Made by a program: the position numbers and the translations under genes. DNA of 64,000 nt from Lama guanicoe (taxonomy: Eukaryota), in the NCBI GenBank assembly GCA_013239625.1, contig MU056898.1, forward strand, positions 711,717-775,716, written 5' to 3'. Of the stretch, positions 12,798 through 25,800 are shown piece after piece (the first letter of the stretch is position 1; each line of letters begins with the position of its first letter). The notes beneath the pieces were generated by a model. It saw only the letters and a program-made list of their open reading frames with translations. It had not been told where the DNA came from and ran no database searches.

Positions 12798-13199
12798 TCC
12801 TGTAACAAAAAATCCTATCGACTTCACCTGCTAAATACGGCCTAAGGCTGTCTTCTCCTCTCCATGTCCCTGCCTGCCCACAGCAGCCCAGCTCCCACCT
12901 CAGCCTCTCCTGAACAGCCCCCCTCCTGCACCAGTTGGCCCAGACTCACTCTGGCCAGGCCCCGTGAGCTGTCCACTGCTGCATGAGGTCAGGGGTCAGG
13001 AACACGTGAGAGATGGGTCGGGGACTTGCCTGTGGGAGCCCGCACCCCTTGCACCCGGGAGTCTCCCAACCACATGCAGCTGGTGCATCACACATCCCCT
13101 CGGAGCCTCCGTGGCCCCTCCCGTGGCCCTGGCATAATCACTCGTGGCAGGGGTTCACTCAGCAGTCATGTTTCCACTTAAAGCCACGATTATTTGGTG

Positions 13200-13331
13200 A
13201 TTGACTCCCCCATCAGACCCCCTAAGATAAGCTCCTCTCCGGGTAGGGGGTGCTCGTTGCTGTTCCCAAGCCCTCACACGGTGCCTGGTACATAGTAGGT
13301 GTTCAGGGCCTGTGCGGAGTGAATAAATGAA
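13200..13331 (+). mobile_element. L2 3' terminus
   Basis: gtgcctggtacatagtaggtgttca...gaataaatgaa. Confidence 0.6.
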
Positions 13332-13689
13332 GGGCCCAGCAGCTCCTGGGGGAGGGACTCCCCTCCCTCCGTCGGGGCTCTGCCGTCGTGCCGTCCGTGC
13401 CCCCTGGACCGAGAGCACCTTGCAGCAGGGGATGCTGTGAGTCGCCTGCATGCTCTTGTGGTACATGGCACACAAAAAGTGCTTAGCGCACGTGGAGTGA
13501 ACCGTTCTCCCGGCCTCCCAAGACGGGATCTCGGTGGGGAGCCTTGGCACTCCCTTCTCACTCCCTGGAGCCCGCCTCCAATTAGCAACCAAGTTCTGTC
13601 CATTGTGTCCCAGGCGAGTCCTCAGGATCTGAGCCCTCCTGTCCGTCCTCCCCTTTCCTAGACTTAGGTCTGACTGGAGTCTGAGAACA

Positions 13690-14005
13690 CCCCAAGTAAC
13701 AGTAACCCAAACAAGTCAGGAGTTTCCAAAGTCCGAGGAGAGCAGCGCAGGTGAGGTATGAAGGCTGCACAGTTTTCAAAGTCCTGTACTCTTCTGTGGC
13801 TTCCCTCTCCTAAGCACAAGGCTTCATGGTCCGAACTGGCTGCCTGAGCTCCAGCCACAACACAAGAATTCCAGGCAGCTGGAAGGAAGCAGGCGGTGTC
13901 CCCTCACTTGAGAACACTTCGCACTCATATCCCATAGGTCAGAACATTGTTGCACATCCAGCTACAAGGGAGCCTGGAAATGTCTTTTATTCTAGAAGGC
14001 CATAG
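13690..14005. mobile_element. MLT1-type (MaLR) LTR relic
   Basis: ggctgcctgagctccagcca and ccagctacaagggagcctggaaatgt motifs; boundaries approximate. Confidence 0.5.
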
Positions 14006-15981
14006 ACAACGAAAGTGGGAGGCACTGTTGCTACGGAGGAAGAGGATAGGTCCGGTGGGAAGGCCAGCGCTCTCCTCCCTGCTCCTCATCTCCCTCCACG
14101 GTCAGGCCCCTGGGCCCTTGGTTAAGAACCAGTGTGAACCCACACCAGCCCCTCACCCAGCAGACTCATTTAGATTCCGCGTGGCACCCTGCTTGGTCCA
14201 CCATCCCCTGTCTAGCCACACACAGCTGCCCTTTCCCCACGAGGCCCTTCCCCGCCTCCAGCTGGCCCCAGGATGAGCTGTTTCCCAGCCAGGAGCGTCC
14301 TTTCCCCCAAGCCTGCCCGCCTGCCACAACGGCTGCTGAGCAGCTCTTTGGAATCAGCCCCTCCTTTCTTTGTGTTCTCACAAAATGAGTTCATTCTGTA
14401 TGTTTTAAGATTTCCTGCACGTTCGCAGCATGCCACGCACTGAGGGAGGGAGGGACTCTGTGCGTGCCATCAAGGTGCGTCTCATCTGTTTGCAAGTCTG
14501 TCTCTCACCCAGGCTGAGCTTGGTGGGACTGGAGTAAATTCCTTCACCGCCCAACGTTCACCTGCACAGGTGCTGGGGACCAAGTGGGCAGAACTCAGCC
14601 AAGTTCTCCTCACCACGGCGGCGGTGAGGTCCCTGGCGGAGGGGCCCGGGGACATGGCCTGCAGGGGGGCAGCAGCCATGGGGTCAGGAACTCCCCCTGA
14701 CCCCCCACAGACACACGCAGAGGAGGGGATGAGGGGCTGGGGCTGACCGGGGAGGGGGGGGTCTTTCTGCAGAGGGAACCATCTGCCCCACCCCCATCCC
14801 AGACAAAAATGGCGCCAGGTCGCTGGGGCCTGGTGGGCCCGGGGCGGTGGGGGCCACGGAGCTCAGGAGGGAAGCAGAGGCCGAGGGGGTTGCACATTCT
14901 GCCCAAGGAGTCTGGCCCTCACGCTGGGAGCCGTGGGAACAGGGAAGGGCTGCTGGCAGGAGGATGACAGGAGCGACTTGCATTTCAGAAGGCGGAAGGC
15001 CCGCTGGCAGCTGGGAGGGCACACAGTGGCCCCAGGGCTGGTGAGGGACCCTCTGAACGCTGCCCCCACCCCAGTGCCCGTCAGAGCCCAGTGAAGCCGG
15101 CCCTCTCCCAGCCAGCCCTGCAGAAAGAGAGGGCTCAGGGCATCCCAGGGCCCCTGGAGGAGGGGCCGGCCAATGGAGGGGGAGCAGCCTCAGATGGGGG
15201 GCATATTTCCAGCCTCCCGTCCCTCCTCAGGCTCTCCATGCACTCCCAGGCCGTTAGTGCAGCAGGGCCCACGCAGCCAGGGCCTCAGCCCTGGGCATCA
15301 GGGAGGGGAGCCCGGTGGGACCTCTTGCTCCCTGACGTCTCCCGCCCACGCCGCAGATCCAGCTGGGATGTCTGGGGAGGAAAGGGTCCCTGTGCCCACA
15401 GGCAGAGGGAGCCAGGCGAAGGGCCCCAGCCATCCTGGCCGGGGACCTGGGTGAGCCTCAGTCTCCTCTCTGTAAACAAGGGAATGACAGGATCCGTCCG
15501 TGTCTCTGGGAGGCGGTGAGCCGGTGGTCGGGGCGGGCCTGTGCCAGCCAGGGGAGCTCTCTGAGAGCATGGTGATGATGTCCGTTCCAGAAACCCGTGT
15601 GAAGCACCGACCAAGGACCCGGCCGTGATATGTTGTCATCATGGCCTCACTTCCGGATGCCTCTACCTTGCCCCTCTCCTGACCCTGCCCACCCTGCACC
15701 CCCACGAGACGGAGGCGGGGTCAGCAGGAGCAGGTGCTGGTGACTTTGGACTTGATCCTGAGGCCCTGGGAACCAGGGAGGAGCCAGCAGGAGAGCAGCG
15801 TGGTCAGAGTCCTTCACAGAGACTGGGTGGTGAGGAGGAGCAGTTCTGGGCGACATGGGCCAGGGGCCTCCTCCTCTGAGCACAGGCTGGGCACACTTCC
15901 CTGGGCAGCAGGAGGTCCTCAAGGCTCCCCGGACGAGGCAGCCCACCCTGGGGACATGGGGGGGCCCTGGCCCACGCTGAC

Positions 15982-16024
15982 TCCCTGGCCCTGGCCCTGG
16001 CCCTGGCCCTGGCCCTGGCCCTGG
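15982..16024 (+). repeat. (CCTGGC)n hexamer microsatellite, about 7 units
   Basis: Directly visible tandem array. Confidence 0.95.
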
Positions 16025-16899
16025 GACAGGGCACCCTGTGTGTGAGGGAGCAAGGTCTGTCCAGCCCCGGCTTGAACCTGGGGACCCAGGGCCTCCCAGA
16101 TGGGAGCTGTGGCCCAGCCTCTCCCAGGCAAGGTGGAGACTTCCTGGCTGTGGGTGAGTGACAGACAACTTGAGCGGGTCACGTGGGGGACAGGTTACCA
16201 CCAATGAGGGAAGGAAGCCAGGCTACTGCTGTAGACACCCTCTTTCTTTCCAGTGTGGTCCTGGGACCACTGGGCCGGGGCTGGGGGTGGGCGGGGAGGG
16301 GAGACGGAGGATTGGGAAGCTGCCTGGTGGAGGGCCCCCGCCTTTGGAGGACACTGTCACCAGGGAGCCCAGGCTGGAGAGCGGCTGGTGGGGCTGCGGA
16401 GAGGGAAGTGCAGCCAGGGGTGGGGTGGGGGCTGGGGGAGGAGCTCCTCCCCGGGGCTGCTGGGCTGCTCCCTACGTCCCGGAAAGGCGTCTTCTCTCCC
16501 CAGGCGCAGGGTAGCACAAAGGCAGCCTGCCTTCCCAACGGCTGCCCAGTCAGCCTTCATCTCCAACTCAGATCCCAGCCCACAAAGGGCCGGAGACCCC
16601 CGCCCACTGCTCCTGGAGACAGCGTGGAGGTCCATGAGGCTGCCAGGAGGAGCCCAGAGGCCCCTTAGCCTCCCTGACCTGCCTCTCCCAGCTGCCCAGC
16701 CCGGCCCCTCTCCTGTGCCCACCAGGGTGGAACGGAACTGACTGGCTGCCCAGGGGGCATCCCGCAGTGCACTGCAGCGCAGGGAAGTCTCTCCCCATCT
16801 GGGGGGCCACTGAGTCAAGGCGGTCACAGTCCTGGCCCTGCGTCCACAGCCTCGGGTCCTGCCTTGCTCTGGCCCACCTGCCCCTTGCAGGAACTTGGC

Positions 16900-17264
16900 C
16901 TGGGGGCGGCTGTGATGGGCTTTGGCCAGAGGAGCATGAGTAAATGGGACCCGAGCAGACTAGCCCTCAGGCCTCCAGCTTGCACATTCCTGTCTCCCTG
17001 AGACACCAGGTCAAGAAGCCCAAGGCAGCCAGCTGGAGCCACGCGGTCTGTTGAGTCAGCACCAGCCACCAGCCATGAACGAGGCCATCAGAGACCATCC
17101 AGCCCCAGTGGATCTGCCACATGAGCAACTCCAGGTGACAGCGTAAGAACCCAGATGGGGCCAGGCTGCTGACCCCCCGGACTTGTGAACGAGCATCGTG
17201 GTGGTGGTTTTAAAACACTGAATTTTGAGGTGGTTCCTTCATGCAGCAGTAGACAACCAACACA
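16900..17264 (+). mobile_element. MLT1-type LTR relic
   Basis: 3' end ttttaaaacactgaattttgaggtggtt...gcagcagtagacaaccaacaca is typical of MaLR LTR ends. Confidence 0.6.
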
Positions 17265-18649
17265 TCGGCCTTTTAAAAATACAACACTCAGCGGGCTGCA
17301 CTGGAGAGGGAACTAAACCAGAAAAGAAGGGGCTTTCCATCTTCCCTCTGCACCCGCTTCTCAAAGCCTGTTTCCTTCTCTTAAAATGGGGGTGGCGGTC
17401 GTCTGCCTCGTGCAAGGACGAAGTGAGACTCTGGGCGTGAAAGGCGTTTGTGCAAGTGTGTGTGTGCACGCACAGTCACCCTCTCTCCCGGATACAGCCT
17501 CCTGATTTCTTCCTGGGCTGTGGTTTGGAGCCTCAGCTTCCTCTGCTATAACGTGGGGAGATGGGCTTGGTGAGCACTGAGGTCCCTGAAGGGGACGCAG
17601 GTTCCCACAGGGCTCACAGCTGGCAGGCACAGCCTGGCACGAGCCCAGGTCCCGTGACTCTCGGCACGGCGCTGACCACAGCTGCCAGGTGGGGCTGGGT
17701 AGGTGGGCAGGGACCAGGGACCCGCACGGGGAGGGTGCACCTTTTCATCCAGTGCCAGTCTCCCTCCATGATACCTGCCCCCGGGTGCTGCTGCTGCTCT
17801 GTGTTGGGCTTGGGACACGGAGACCAGTCTTGTCAGCACTGTGTGTGAAACAAGAGTAAGGAGGCTCCAAGCGAGAGATCAGTGGTGCGTGCTGGGGTTT
17901 GAGCATCCTTGGCAGCTTGGAGGCCATCCCTGCCGAGTTCCTGGTTCCCTGGAGCTCTGTGGGTAGGCAAGGCTGCTGGCTAGGTGACTCCAGGCAAGCC
18001 AGAGGTGTGCACATCACCATTCTGGCTGGGTCTGTTTGGCTGGCTCGTGTGGCCCACTTGGGGACCACACTGGCTGGCATCTCTCCCAGGCCCCAGAGCC
18101 ACGGGGCAATTCCATCACGGCCAACTTGAAAGCAGCACTCCTGTGGCTTTGTTATAGCCAGGTGTCCGTGGGGACTGGGCGCTGGGCTGGCTGTGCATCT
18201 CAGCGGGACCGGGGGAAACCCGGCCTCCAGCCCGCTCCTCTCCCTGACAGTTCTCACAAGCTCTGTCTCCACGGAAAATGTGAACCTCGCTGGACACGGT
18301 CCAAACGCAGGGGATTCCATTGTTCTGGCTTCCGCCCCAGCGACGGGGTACCCAGCCCCTGCCTGGCCTTTCTCGCGGCGCCTACAGGTCTTGGGACAAA
18401 CCATTCAGAAGCTTCAATCCAGCCACCTTCCTGGCTCAGGAGACAGACCCTGGGGAGCTCCTGGCCTGGCCTGCCTCCTCCTCCATTCCAGATGCTTCTA
18501 CCAGGTGCTTCCAAGCAGTTCAGCCCTCAGTTCACTCTCTGCAGATTTTCTCATCCCTGTCCTTCACTCACAAAATCTACTTCCAGGAAGGCAGTCAGGC
18601 AGGCAGACAGGGAGACGCTGAGTGAGCCCCTTTTACACAGAATCATTTG

Positions 18650-19120
18650 TGCATGTGATAAAATATATGAAACCGTTTTTTAAGGTAGATTCAGTGGCAT
18701 TAAGTTTGTTCATACTGTTGTGCAATTATCACTATTTCCAAAACGTTTTATCATCTGAAAAAGAACCCCACCTGACCCATTAAGCAGTCACTTCCCATCC
18801 CCCTCTCCCAGCCCCTGGCAACAGCTAATCCACTTTCTGTCTCCATGGATTCCTCTCTTCTGGGCATTTCCTATGAATGGAATCAGACAGTATGTGGCCT
18901 CTTGTGCCTGGCTTCTCTCACTGAGCATCATGTTTTCGAGGTTCATCCGTGTTGTACTGTGTTTCAGTGCCTCATCCCTTTTCATGGCTGAGTAATATTC
19001 CACCGTGTGGCGGTACTGCATTCTGTCTATTGGTTCATCGGCTGATGGACATTTGGGCTGTTGTGGCCTTTTGTCTGTCACGAATAGTGCCGCTGTGTCA
19101 TGTTGTCTTACATACATCTC
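18650..19120 (-). mobile_element. L1 (L1MB-like) 3' fragment with ORF2 C-terminal remnant
   Basis: Minus translation AALFVTDKRPQQPKCPSADEPIDRMQYRHTVEYYSAMKRDEALKHSTTRMNLENMMLSERSQ matches the L1 ORF2 tail, followed by an L1 3'UTR. Confidence 0.88.
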
Positions 19121-20495
19121 ACATTTAAGTAGGACTCTACCCATTTTAGACATCAAAAGGCTGGGGCCCAGAAGACCTGTGACTTGGAAAAGAAGGTAGT
19201 TAATTTGAAAAGAAAGGAAAGGGAAACTCCCGGGCTTTGGAGCCGAGAAGTCCTGGGTGAGAGCAAAGAAAGAATGATGCCCAAAGATGGAGCATTCCGG
19301 GAGCTGGGCACGCAGCCTGGCCTTCCACACACAGCCTGGACTGCACGGCCTCCACAGTGGGTGGGACCCACTGCAAATAAAGGAAGCTGAGACCCATCTG
19401 CTTTCCACATGAATGTGTGCATTAGGAGCAAGTTTCTTCATTTCTGAACCTCGAAAACCCCCTCGTCACTGGCTCTGTGACGTAGGAACCCGGCTGGGGG
19501 CCAGAGGAGATTGTGGAAGTAGGTGCTCAGGGCAGCTCAGCTGGTCCTTCCTGCCCCCGTGAGCCCAGCCCTGCTGGGTCCTTCCGGGCCCCCATGGTGG
19601 AGGGGATGGGAGGCTGCAGCTTCTTACTGCTGCCTGAATGGCTTCCTCAGTTGGGGGAAGACTAGCTGTTTCGCCATCAGCTGCCTTGTCCTGAGTCACT
19701 GCCAGGTCAATGAAGGTGTGTCCCTTGGCATCCTGCTTGGTGGCCAGCACTGCAGACCAAATCCTCTCTGACTTCTCCAGCCACTGGAGCCCTGTTTCAG
19801 GCCGTCTGGCCTGGATGAGGCTGGATCCTGGCTGCCTGCCCGGGCGCATGTGGATCTCGTGCCCCCTGAGCAACAGCAGGACCCAGGCTTCAGTTGCTCC
19901 ATCTGTCAAATGGGGCTCAAGTCAGCCTCCAGCCACAGAGGTCCCGGGACAGGCAGGAAGAACCATTGCAGCTCCAGCCAGGGAGCGCCGCAAGCAGGAG
20001 GGCGGTGGGGTTGGGGTGGGCCCTCCTTGAGTCCTGCCCCGTCACCTGGCATTCTCTAACCCTCACCCCCCTGGAGCCACAGGAACCGTGTTGTGCAGAT
20101 TAGGGACAGAAGTAAAGACCCTGAGATCACACAGCTGCAGGCGTGGGACACCAGAGCCCCTGGCCCCTACTTGTTCCCAGGAAACCACGATTTTTCAAGG
20201 GCTTTTCAGATCTATGGGGATTTTGTCCCCAGTACCCAGACCTCAGGTGGGAGCAGGTTCTGGGCTCACGCTCCCCAGTCGAGGCCCCGGAGGTGCTTTT
20301 CCAGAGCTGGATGTTGTGGGTCCTCCTTTTCTCCTTCCTGGACCTCCTTTGTCATTCTTCCTCTGTGGGTCCCATTAAGAAAAGGTTTCACCCACCAAAT
20401 ATATTGCAAGTGGCAATCAAAGACGAGCTCCTTTGCCATTTTGTGCCAATCAGAGACACAGAACGCCAGCCAAACGAAAGCTCGGGACAGCCTGC

Positions 20496-20921
20496 TGTAT
20501 GTTTCCTGTGGCAGCTTATAACAGGACCACACAGTGGGCAGCTTAATCAACAGAAACTTATTATCTCAGTTCTGAAGGCTGAAGTCCAAGGTCGCGGTGT
20601 CAGCAGGGTTGGTTTCTTCTGAGGCTGTGAGGATCCGGCCTCTCTCCCAGCTACCGGTGGCTCAGCAGTCCTTGGGGTTCCATCACCCCCGCTCTGCCTC
20701 TGTGCTCATATGGAGCTCTCTGCATGTCTCTGTATCTCTGCATCACTGTTTTCAGGCTTCCCTCGTACAAGGCCACTGTCTTTGGACTAGGGCCCTCCGT
20801 AATCTAGTGCGACTTCGACCACATCTGCAGGGACCCTGTTCCCAAACAAGATCACAGTCACAGGCACCACGAGTTTGGACTTGGACTCATCTTTTGGGAG
20901 GACAGAAGTCAACCTGGCACA
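20496..20921 (-). mobile_element. MLT1 (MaLR) solo LTR
   Basis: TG...CA ends; cttaatcaacagaaacttattatctcagttctgaaggctgaagtccaaggtc motif. Confidence 0.8.
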
Positions 20922-21794
20922 CCTGAGTTCTCATTTCACGTGATGTTTGGCTCTGGCTTTCTGCCCTGCCAGAGGAAAATGCACAACTCTGTGAGGTTTC
21001 TGGGAAGGTGGAAAGGAGCTCAGGGACCCCATGCCTCCACCTAGGGACCCTGGTAGACCTGCCATGCTGGTGCTGGGGGCATGCGAATCACAGCGAACAA
21101 AGCCAGAGTCTATGGCTGTGTGATCTGCGGCCAACATCAGGGACCAGAACCTCTCCCCTTTAGGGATGGAGAATGTGACCTCCCTTCGCCTGCCTGGCTG
21201 TTATTCCCCGCTGGGTGGTGTCTGTGAATTACCCGGAAAGTGGAAACCACAGCATCGCAAAGGCCTTTTTCCCCACATATCCCTTTCTCATCTGCTTGTG
21301 GGAGGGTCCACTGGGGCCCACTGGACTTATCACAGGAAAACAGGTGCGTCAGGGCAGTCAGATGAGCAGATGGACGGTCCTCTTGGGAAGCCACTGCCCA
21401 GAGCTGTCCCTGCCTGCAAGAGTCTAGCCCAGCCACAGAGCTGGCCGAGCCCACGCATGGCAGACAGCAGAGCCCCAGGTGTGGAAACCTGGTTCTCAGA
21501 ATGCAGGAAGTCCAGAGCACACACTTCTACCCCTGGGGTGCCCACAGCGCCTCCAGCTGCCCCTGTTTGTGCGGTCTCCATCTTGCGTAACAAGCACGAA
21601 GATGCCCCACTAGGAAGTGCAGCTGTGTGACTTCAAAGTCCATGCTCAGCCCTCCCCGGCAGCTGCCTGCATTTCCAGGCCCAGAGGAGCCAGGATAGGA
21701 CACTGTCTCTCTCTTAGGTCCTGACAAAAGACCCAACCTGCCGCAAAGGGAAGGCTGGGTAGGAACTGAATTTACCTCTCCGCCCCCCCAGGCC

Positions 21795-21935
21795 ACTTAC
21801 TTGTACTGAGTCACACTCTGATATTCTGAGTACTTTACAGTCGTATTTTCCTACTACACACGAGGACATTGATGCTCAGAGAGGTTAAGTGACTTGCCCA
21901 AGACCACACAGTTCTAGGTCACCAAGTCAGGCTCT
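21795..21935 (-). mobile_element. MIR SINE
   Basis: gctcagagaggttaagtgacttgcccaagaccacacag core. Confidence 0.75.
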
Positions 21936-22084
21936 GCCTCCAAATCATCCTTGTTTTACAGACAGTTCACTGAGTTCTTTGCGGGACAACACATGGGCTG
22001 TGTGTGAGCCGCGGCTGCATGCTGGGGTCCAGCCCAGCCCCTCCAGGCCGTCCCCGCAGAAGCTCGGTGAACGTGCAATAGGCT

Positions 22085-22800
22085 AACCAACGGGCGCGCC
22101 CAGGAGAAGCACATCTACACCTCCAGCCAGGGTTCGGGCCCCCAGGCCCATTTGCGGATGGAGAGACCGCTGCCAGGATTGCAGGCCCTCCCAGCCATCC
22201 CCCGCCAGCGGCCCTCGTCCGGGTAGGGAAGGGGTCCGGGTGGGCGGAGCCTCGACCGCGTGCCAATGGCGGCTCGGTACGGAGGCGGGGCGCTCGGGGC
22301 GGGGCCGGCGGGCGGCGGGCCAATGGCGGCGCGGGGGTGAAGCCGAGCCGGGCCGAGCCGGGCCGAGCCGGGCCGGGCTGGGCCCAGGAGCGCGCGGGCT
22401 ATGCGGGCGGCAAGGCCGGGGTCGGCGGGCCCCTGAACCCCGCGCCCCAGACCAGCCAGGGAGCCCCGCGGCCGCCGCGCGCCCCAGCGGCCGGCCCGCC
22501 ATGGCCGGGGTCAGCTACGCGGCGCCCTGGTGGGTGAGCCTCCTGCACCGGCTGCCCCATTTCAGCCTGCGCTGGGAGACCACCAGCAGCCAGTTCCGGC
22601 CCGAGGACACCGACTACCAGCAGGTGACGCGGGTCCCCTGGGTCGGGGGTCAGATTCCGGGTCACGGCCCCTCCATTCCGAGGGTCATGGCCGCCCTTCC
22701 TGCGAGTCACGATCCCCCTTCCCAGGGTGCTTCCCCCTCTTTCTTGAAGGTCTAAAGACTCCCCATCCCCCACCGAGGGTCGCGGCCCCCTCCTCCTCCG
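22085..22800 (+). promoter_or_regulatory. TTYH3 CpG-island promoter, 5'UTR and exon 1 (two CCAAT boxes, GC boxes, no TATA)
   Basis: Very dense CpG; GCCAATGGCGGC at 22262 and 22319; several GGGCGG; Kozak GCCATGG at 22501. Confidence 0.88.
22501..22623 (+). CDS. TTYH3: TTYH3 exon 1
   Basis: MAGVSYAAPWW...EDTDYQQ|gtgacg. Confidence 0.97.
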
Positions 22801-25800
22801 TGGGTCCTGAGCCCCCTCCCCGAGGGTCCTGGCCCTCTCTTCCTGGAGGGGCTAAAGACTCCCCACCCTCCATCGAGGATTATGGCCCACTTCTCCTCGT
22901 GGGTCACAACCCCTGTGATTCCGGAGAGTCTCCCCCTCAATCACGGATCTCCCCTGCTGGAGAGTCAGGGCTCCTCATCCCCCGTGGAGGGTCCACAGCT
23001 TCTGCAAATTCTAGCCTTCCCCTCTGGAGTCACTGAGACCCTCCTTTCTGGGGTTGCATGGAGCCAACTCCTTCCCTTCCATGGAGCCCTCTTTGCCAGC
23101 TGTCAGTGCCTGCCCGGGCAGCTGACCAGCGGCACCCTGGGGGTGTTGCCAGGCAGAGCCCCTTACCCAGAGGACCCCAGGGCTCTGAGACCACAGCTGT
23201 TGCCTGAGAGCATTGGGTGCAGCCCCCTCACCCGCAGCCCGGGAATCCCACTCCCTGCCAGACTCTTGGTGGGCGAGTGGTCTGTGTAGTTGCCAACCCT
23301 CCCTGGCTGGTAATGGCCCCCTGCTGGACAGCCAGGTTGTGGGGTGGACACACAGTGCCTGCCCAGAGACCCGGCTGCCTATAGCACCTGAGGGAGGGAG
23401 GGAGGGCTGGCCATAGGGATGCAGATGAGCCTCCGTTTGGAAGGCTGGAAAGGAGCTAAGCCTGGGCAGAGCTCGGGGACAGCATGGACCCTTTGCAGCC
23501 CTCTCCCCATGTGACCAGACTCTCCCCTTGGAGCCCCAGGTCCGGGGTCCTGCCAAGCCCCAGTGTCACCCCCATCACTGAGCCACTGCCGTTTGGGCGC
23601 AGGGCAGGAGACCAGGCTGTGGCATTTCCTTCCTGTCTGGGGATCCAGCTTCCAGAACCCCCATGACTGGGACTCCTGGTCACCTGGCACATGTCTAGGT
23701 TTCTCTTCAGGGATGAATGCAGAGCCCCCAGGGTGGGGTTGAAACGGCTTTGCTCGTCCAGATGGCCTGGAGGTCCAGTATTGCGTGGACCGTGTCACAC
23801 CTGGACAATTCAGAACTCTGTCCTCTGCTGTGGCCTCCCTTATCCAGAGGAGGAGAACCAGAACCCCAGCTCTGCAGGGGAGCCCGCCGCTCAGCCCTCA
23901 CCTGGCGGCCGGTCCCCTAGTCCTGCTGATCTGTTTCTAAGCAGATTAGGAAGGGGGCAAGGGATTGGCCCAAGCACACGCGGGGACAGCAGGGTTCTTA
24001 TAAAGCCATGTGCCCAGGTTCTGGAAGCCCGGGCTGGAGGCCACGCTGTTCCTGTTTGTCCCAGGAGCTTCACCTGTGATGGCTCTGTCACATCTGTCCC
24101 CAGGGCTCTGCTTCCACAGAACAGGACAATGTCTCTTACTTAAGGAAGTTTTCTGCTACTTGCCAGTTCTAAAGCTCCAGGGGTACCGGGGGTGCCCGCA
24201 CAGCTTTCCTGCTGGCCCATGGGCTGCCACCTGCACATGCTGCCAACCACGAGTGATCTGGCTGCCATCCCTCCTGACCTCCTGGGCGCCCTGGCATGTG
24301 GTGGGTAGTGAGTGAGGGGCCGAGGCCTGCGGCTAGTGGAGGCATCAAGCATGGTGGCCAAGCCCCCCACCGCCGCTCAGCCTGGCCTCCTGCAGGGCCC
24401 TTTGCCCCCGAGAGGACCCTGGCTTCTGCCCCCGGCCTCCTCCGAGAGCACCGTTCGCCTCCGCTGTGGAGGGGCTCTGACTCACCCTCTCTCCTGCCTC
24501 CTCTCCGAGGAGCAGAATTAGCCACTGAATAATTCACGGTGTGGAAACCAGCCTGTCTCCATCCCCCGCCACCTCCACTGCTGGCACAGAGCTGTGGAGC
24601 GAGCCAGACCTGGGCGTGCGTCCTGCCCCTGCCCTCCTGTGCTGGTGCTTTGGGCAAGCGCTTGACCTCTCTGAGCCTTCGATGACTCATCCTGAAGTTC
24701 AGGCTGGCGCGCCTTCTTTGCAGGGTCGGTGGGGAAGTGGGAGCCCTGTGCGCCTGCTCTGTGCTGGGCGTGCAGCCCACGGGCTCCCTTTCTGAGTGAG
24801 TGGGCCGTGGGTCAGCCTGGCCGTCGTCTGGGGCCGCTTCCTGCCTCCCCTGGTGGAGCATTCGTAGCTGTTGGGGGACAACTACCGTCGCCCCACTGGT
24901 GGATGGTAGACCCCTTATCCTCCTGGCCTGGGGGCCTATCTGTGGCCGGCACCCACCTGGGCTGCTGGGGCCTGGCAGTCCTCTCCTGCCACGTGGCTGT
25001 GCCCAGCTGGGGAGGAGGCTTCTGCTTCCTAGGCCATCCAGGAGAAAGGCGGGGCCTGGTGCAGGAGTGGGGGGTGGTGTGGCTTGGGAAGTCCAGCGTT
25101 TGTCCTTCTTTGCTGTTTGCTGCCCCCCCCACCCACTGGAACCGCCATGGGCCAGGCCCTGTTTGAAGGCACTGTTTGGGGCTGTCGGTAGCCTTTTCTC
25201 ACACAGGGAGCCAGCATCAGCCTTGGGAGGCAGTTTCTTGGGTCCCCCGCGGCTGGCCCCCTGTGGGGGATGTGACTGCAGGGATCAGGAGCTAATGGGG
25301 GCTGTTCTGAGAGCTCTCAGAGGCCTGGCTGGCCCTGCACGGGGGGCTTGGGGCCTCCGCAAGGCTAGGCTGGGATTTTGCATCCCGAGGCTGGTGGTTT
25401 CTCGTGGGACCAAGCGTCTCAGGCTCCCACATTCTCATGGCCTCCGTTCTGGAGCGGAGGGGCCCCTGGCCATTACAGCTGTCTCCCAGGGGCTCATGGT
25501 GTTTGCTGGAAGGACAGCCTGCAGCGGGGAGCTGCCGTGGGCAAGGGGCTGGTGGGATTTGTGAGCTGGCAGGTGCTGGAAGACAGAGGGGCTTCTGGGG
25601 TCTGCTCTGTGCCGCTCCATCCCCCACCTGCCCTCCTGGCTGCTGGCCTGGCTCCCCTGGGGCTGGGCCATTTCCAGGAGCTCCCCAAACCTGGGCAGCT
25701 GATGGGTGGAGCACTCCTTTTACAGGGGAGGGCTCAGGCCCAGAGGAGGGAGGAGACTCCCTGGTGGTGGCATAGCCGGTGACCTGATGCAGCCTGAGAT

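Noticed and set aside
15982-16024. CRISPR-like array or coding dipeptide repeat
   Set aside because: A plain hexamer microsatellite without spacers in mammalian intergenic DNA.
18788-19441. 217-aa minus-strand ORF as a host gene
   Set aside because: Its C-terminal half is a decayed L1 ORF2 tail joined by chance to non-coding sequence.
22240-22500. N-terminal extension of TTYH3
   Set aside because: The frame is open but has no in-frame ATG and begins upstream of the CCAAT boxes; ATG 22501 has a strong Kozak context and the known N-terminus.
23312-23330. Extra CTCF-like motif (TGTCCAGCAGGGGGCCATT on minus)
   Set aside because: The 3' end departs from the consensus, and partial matches are common in GC-rich DNA.
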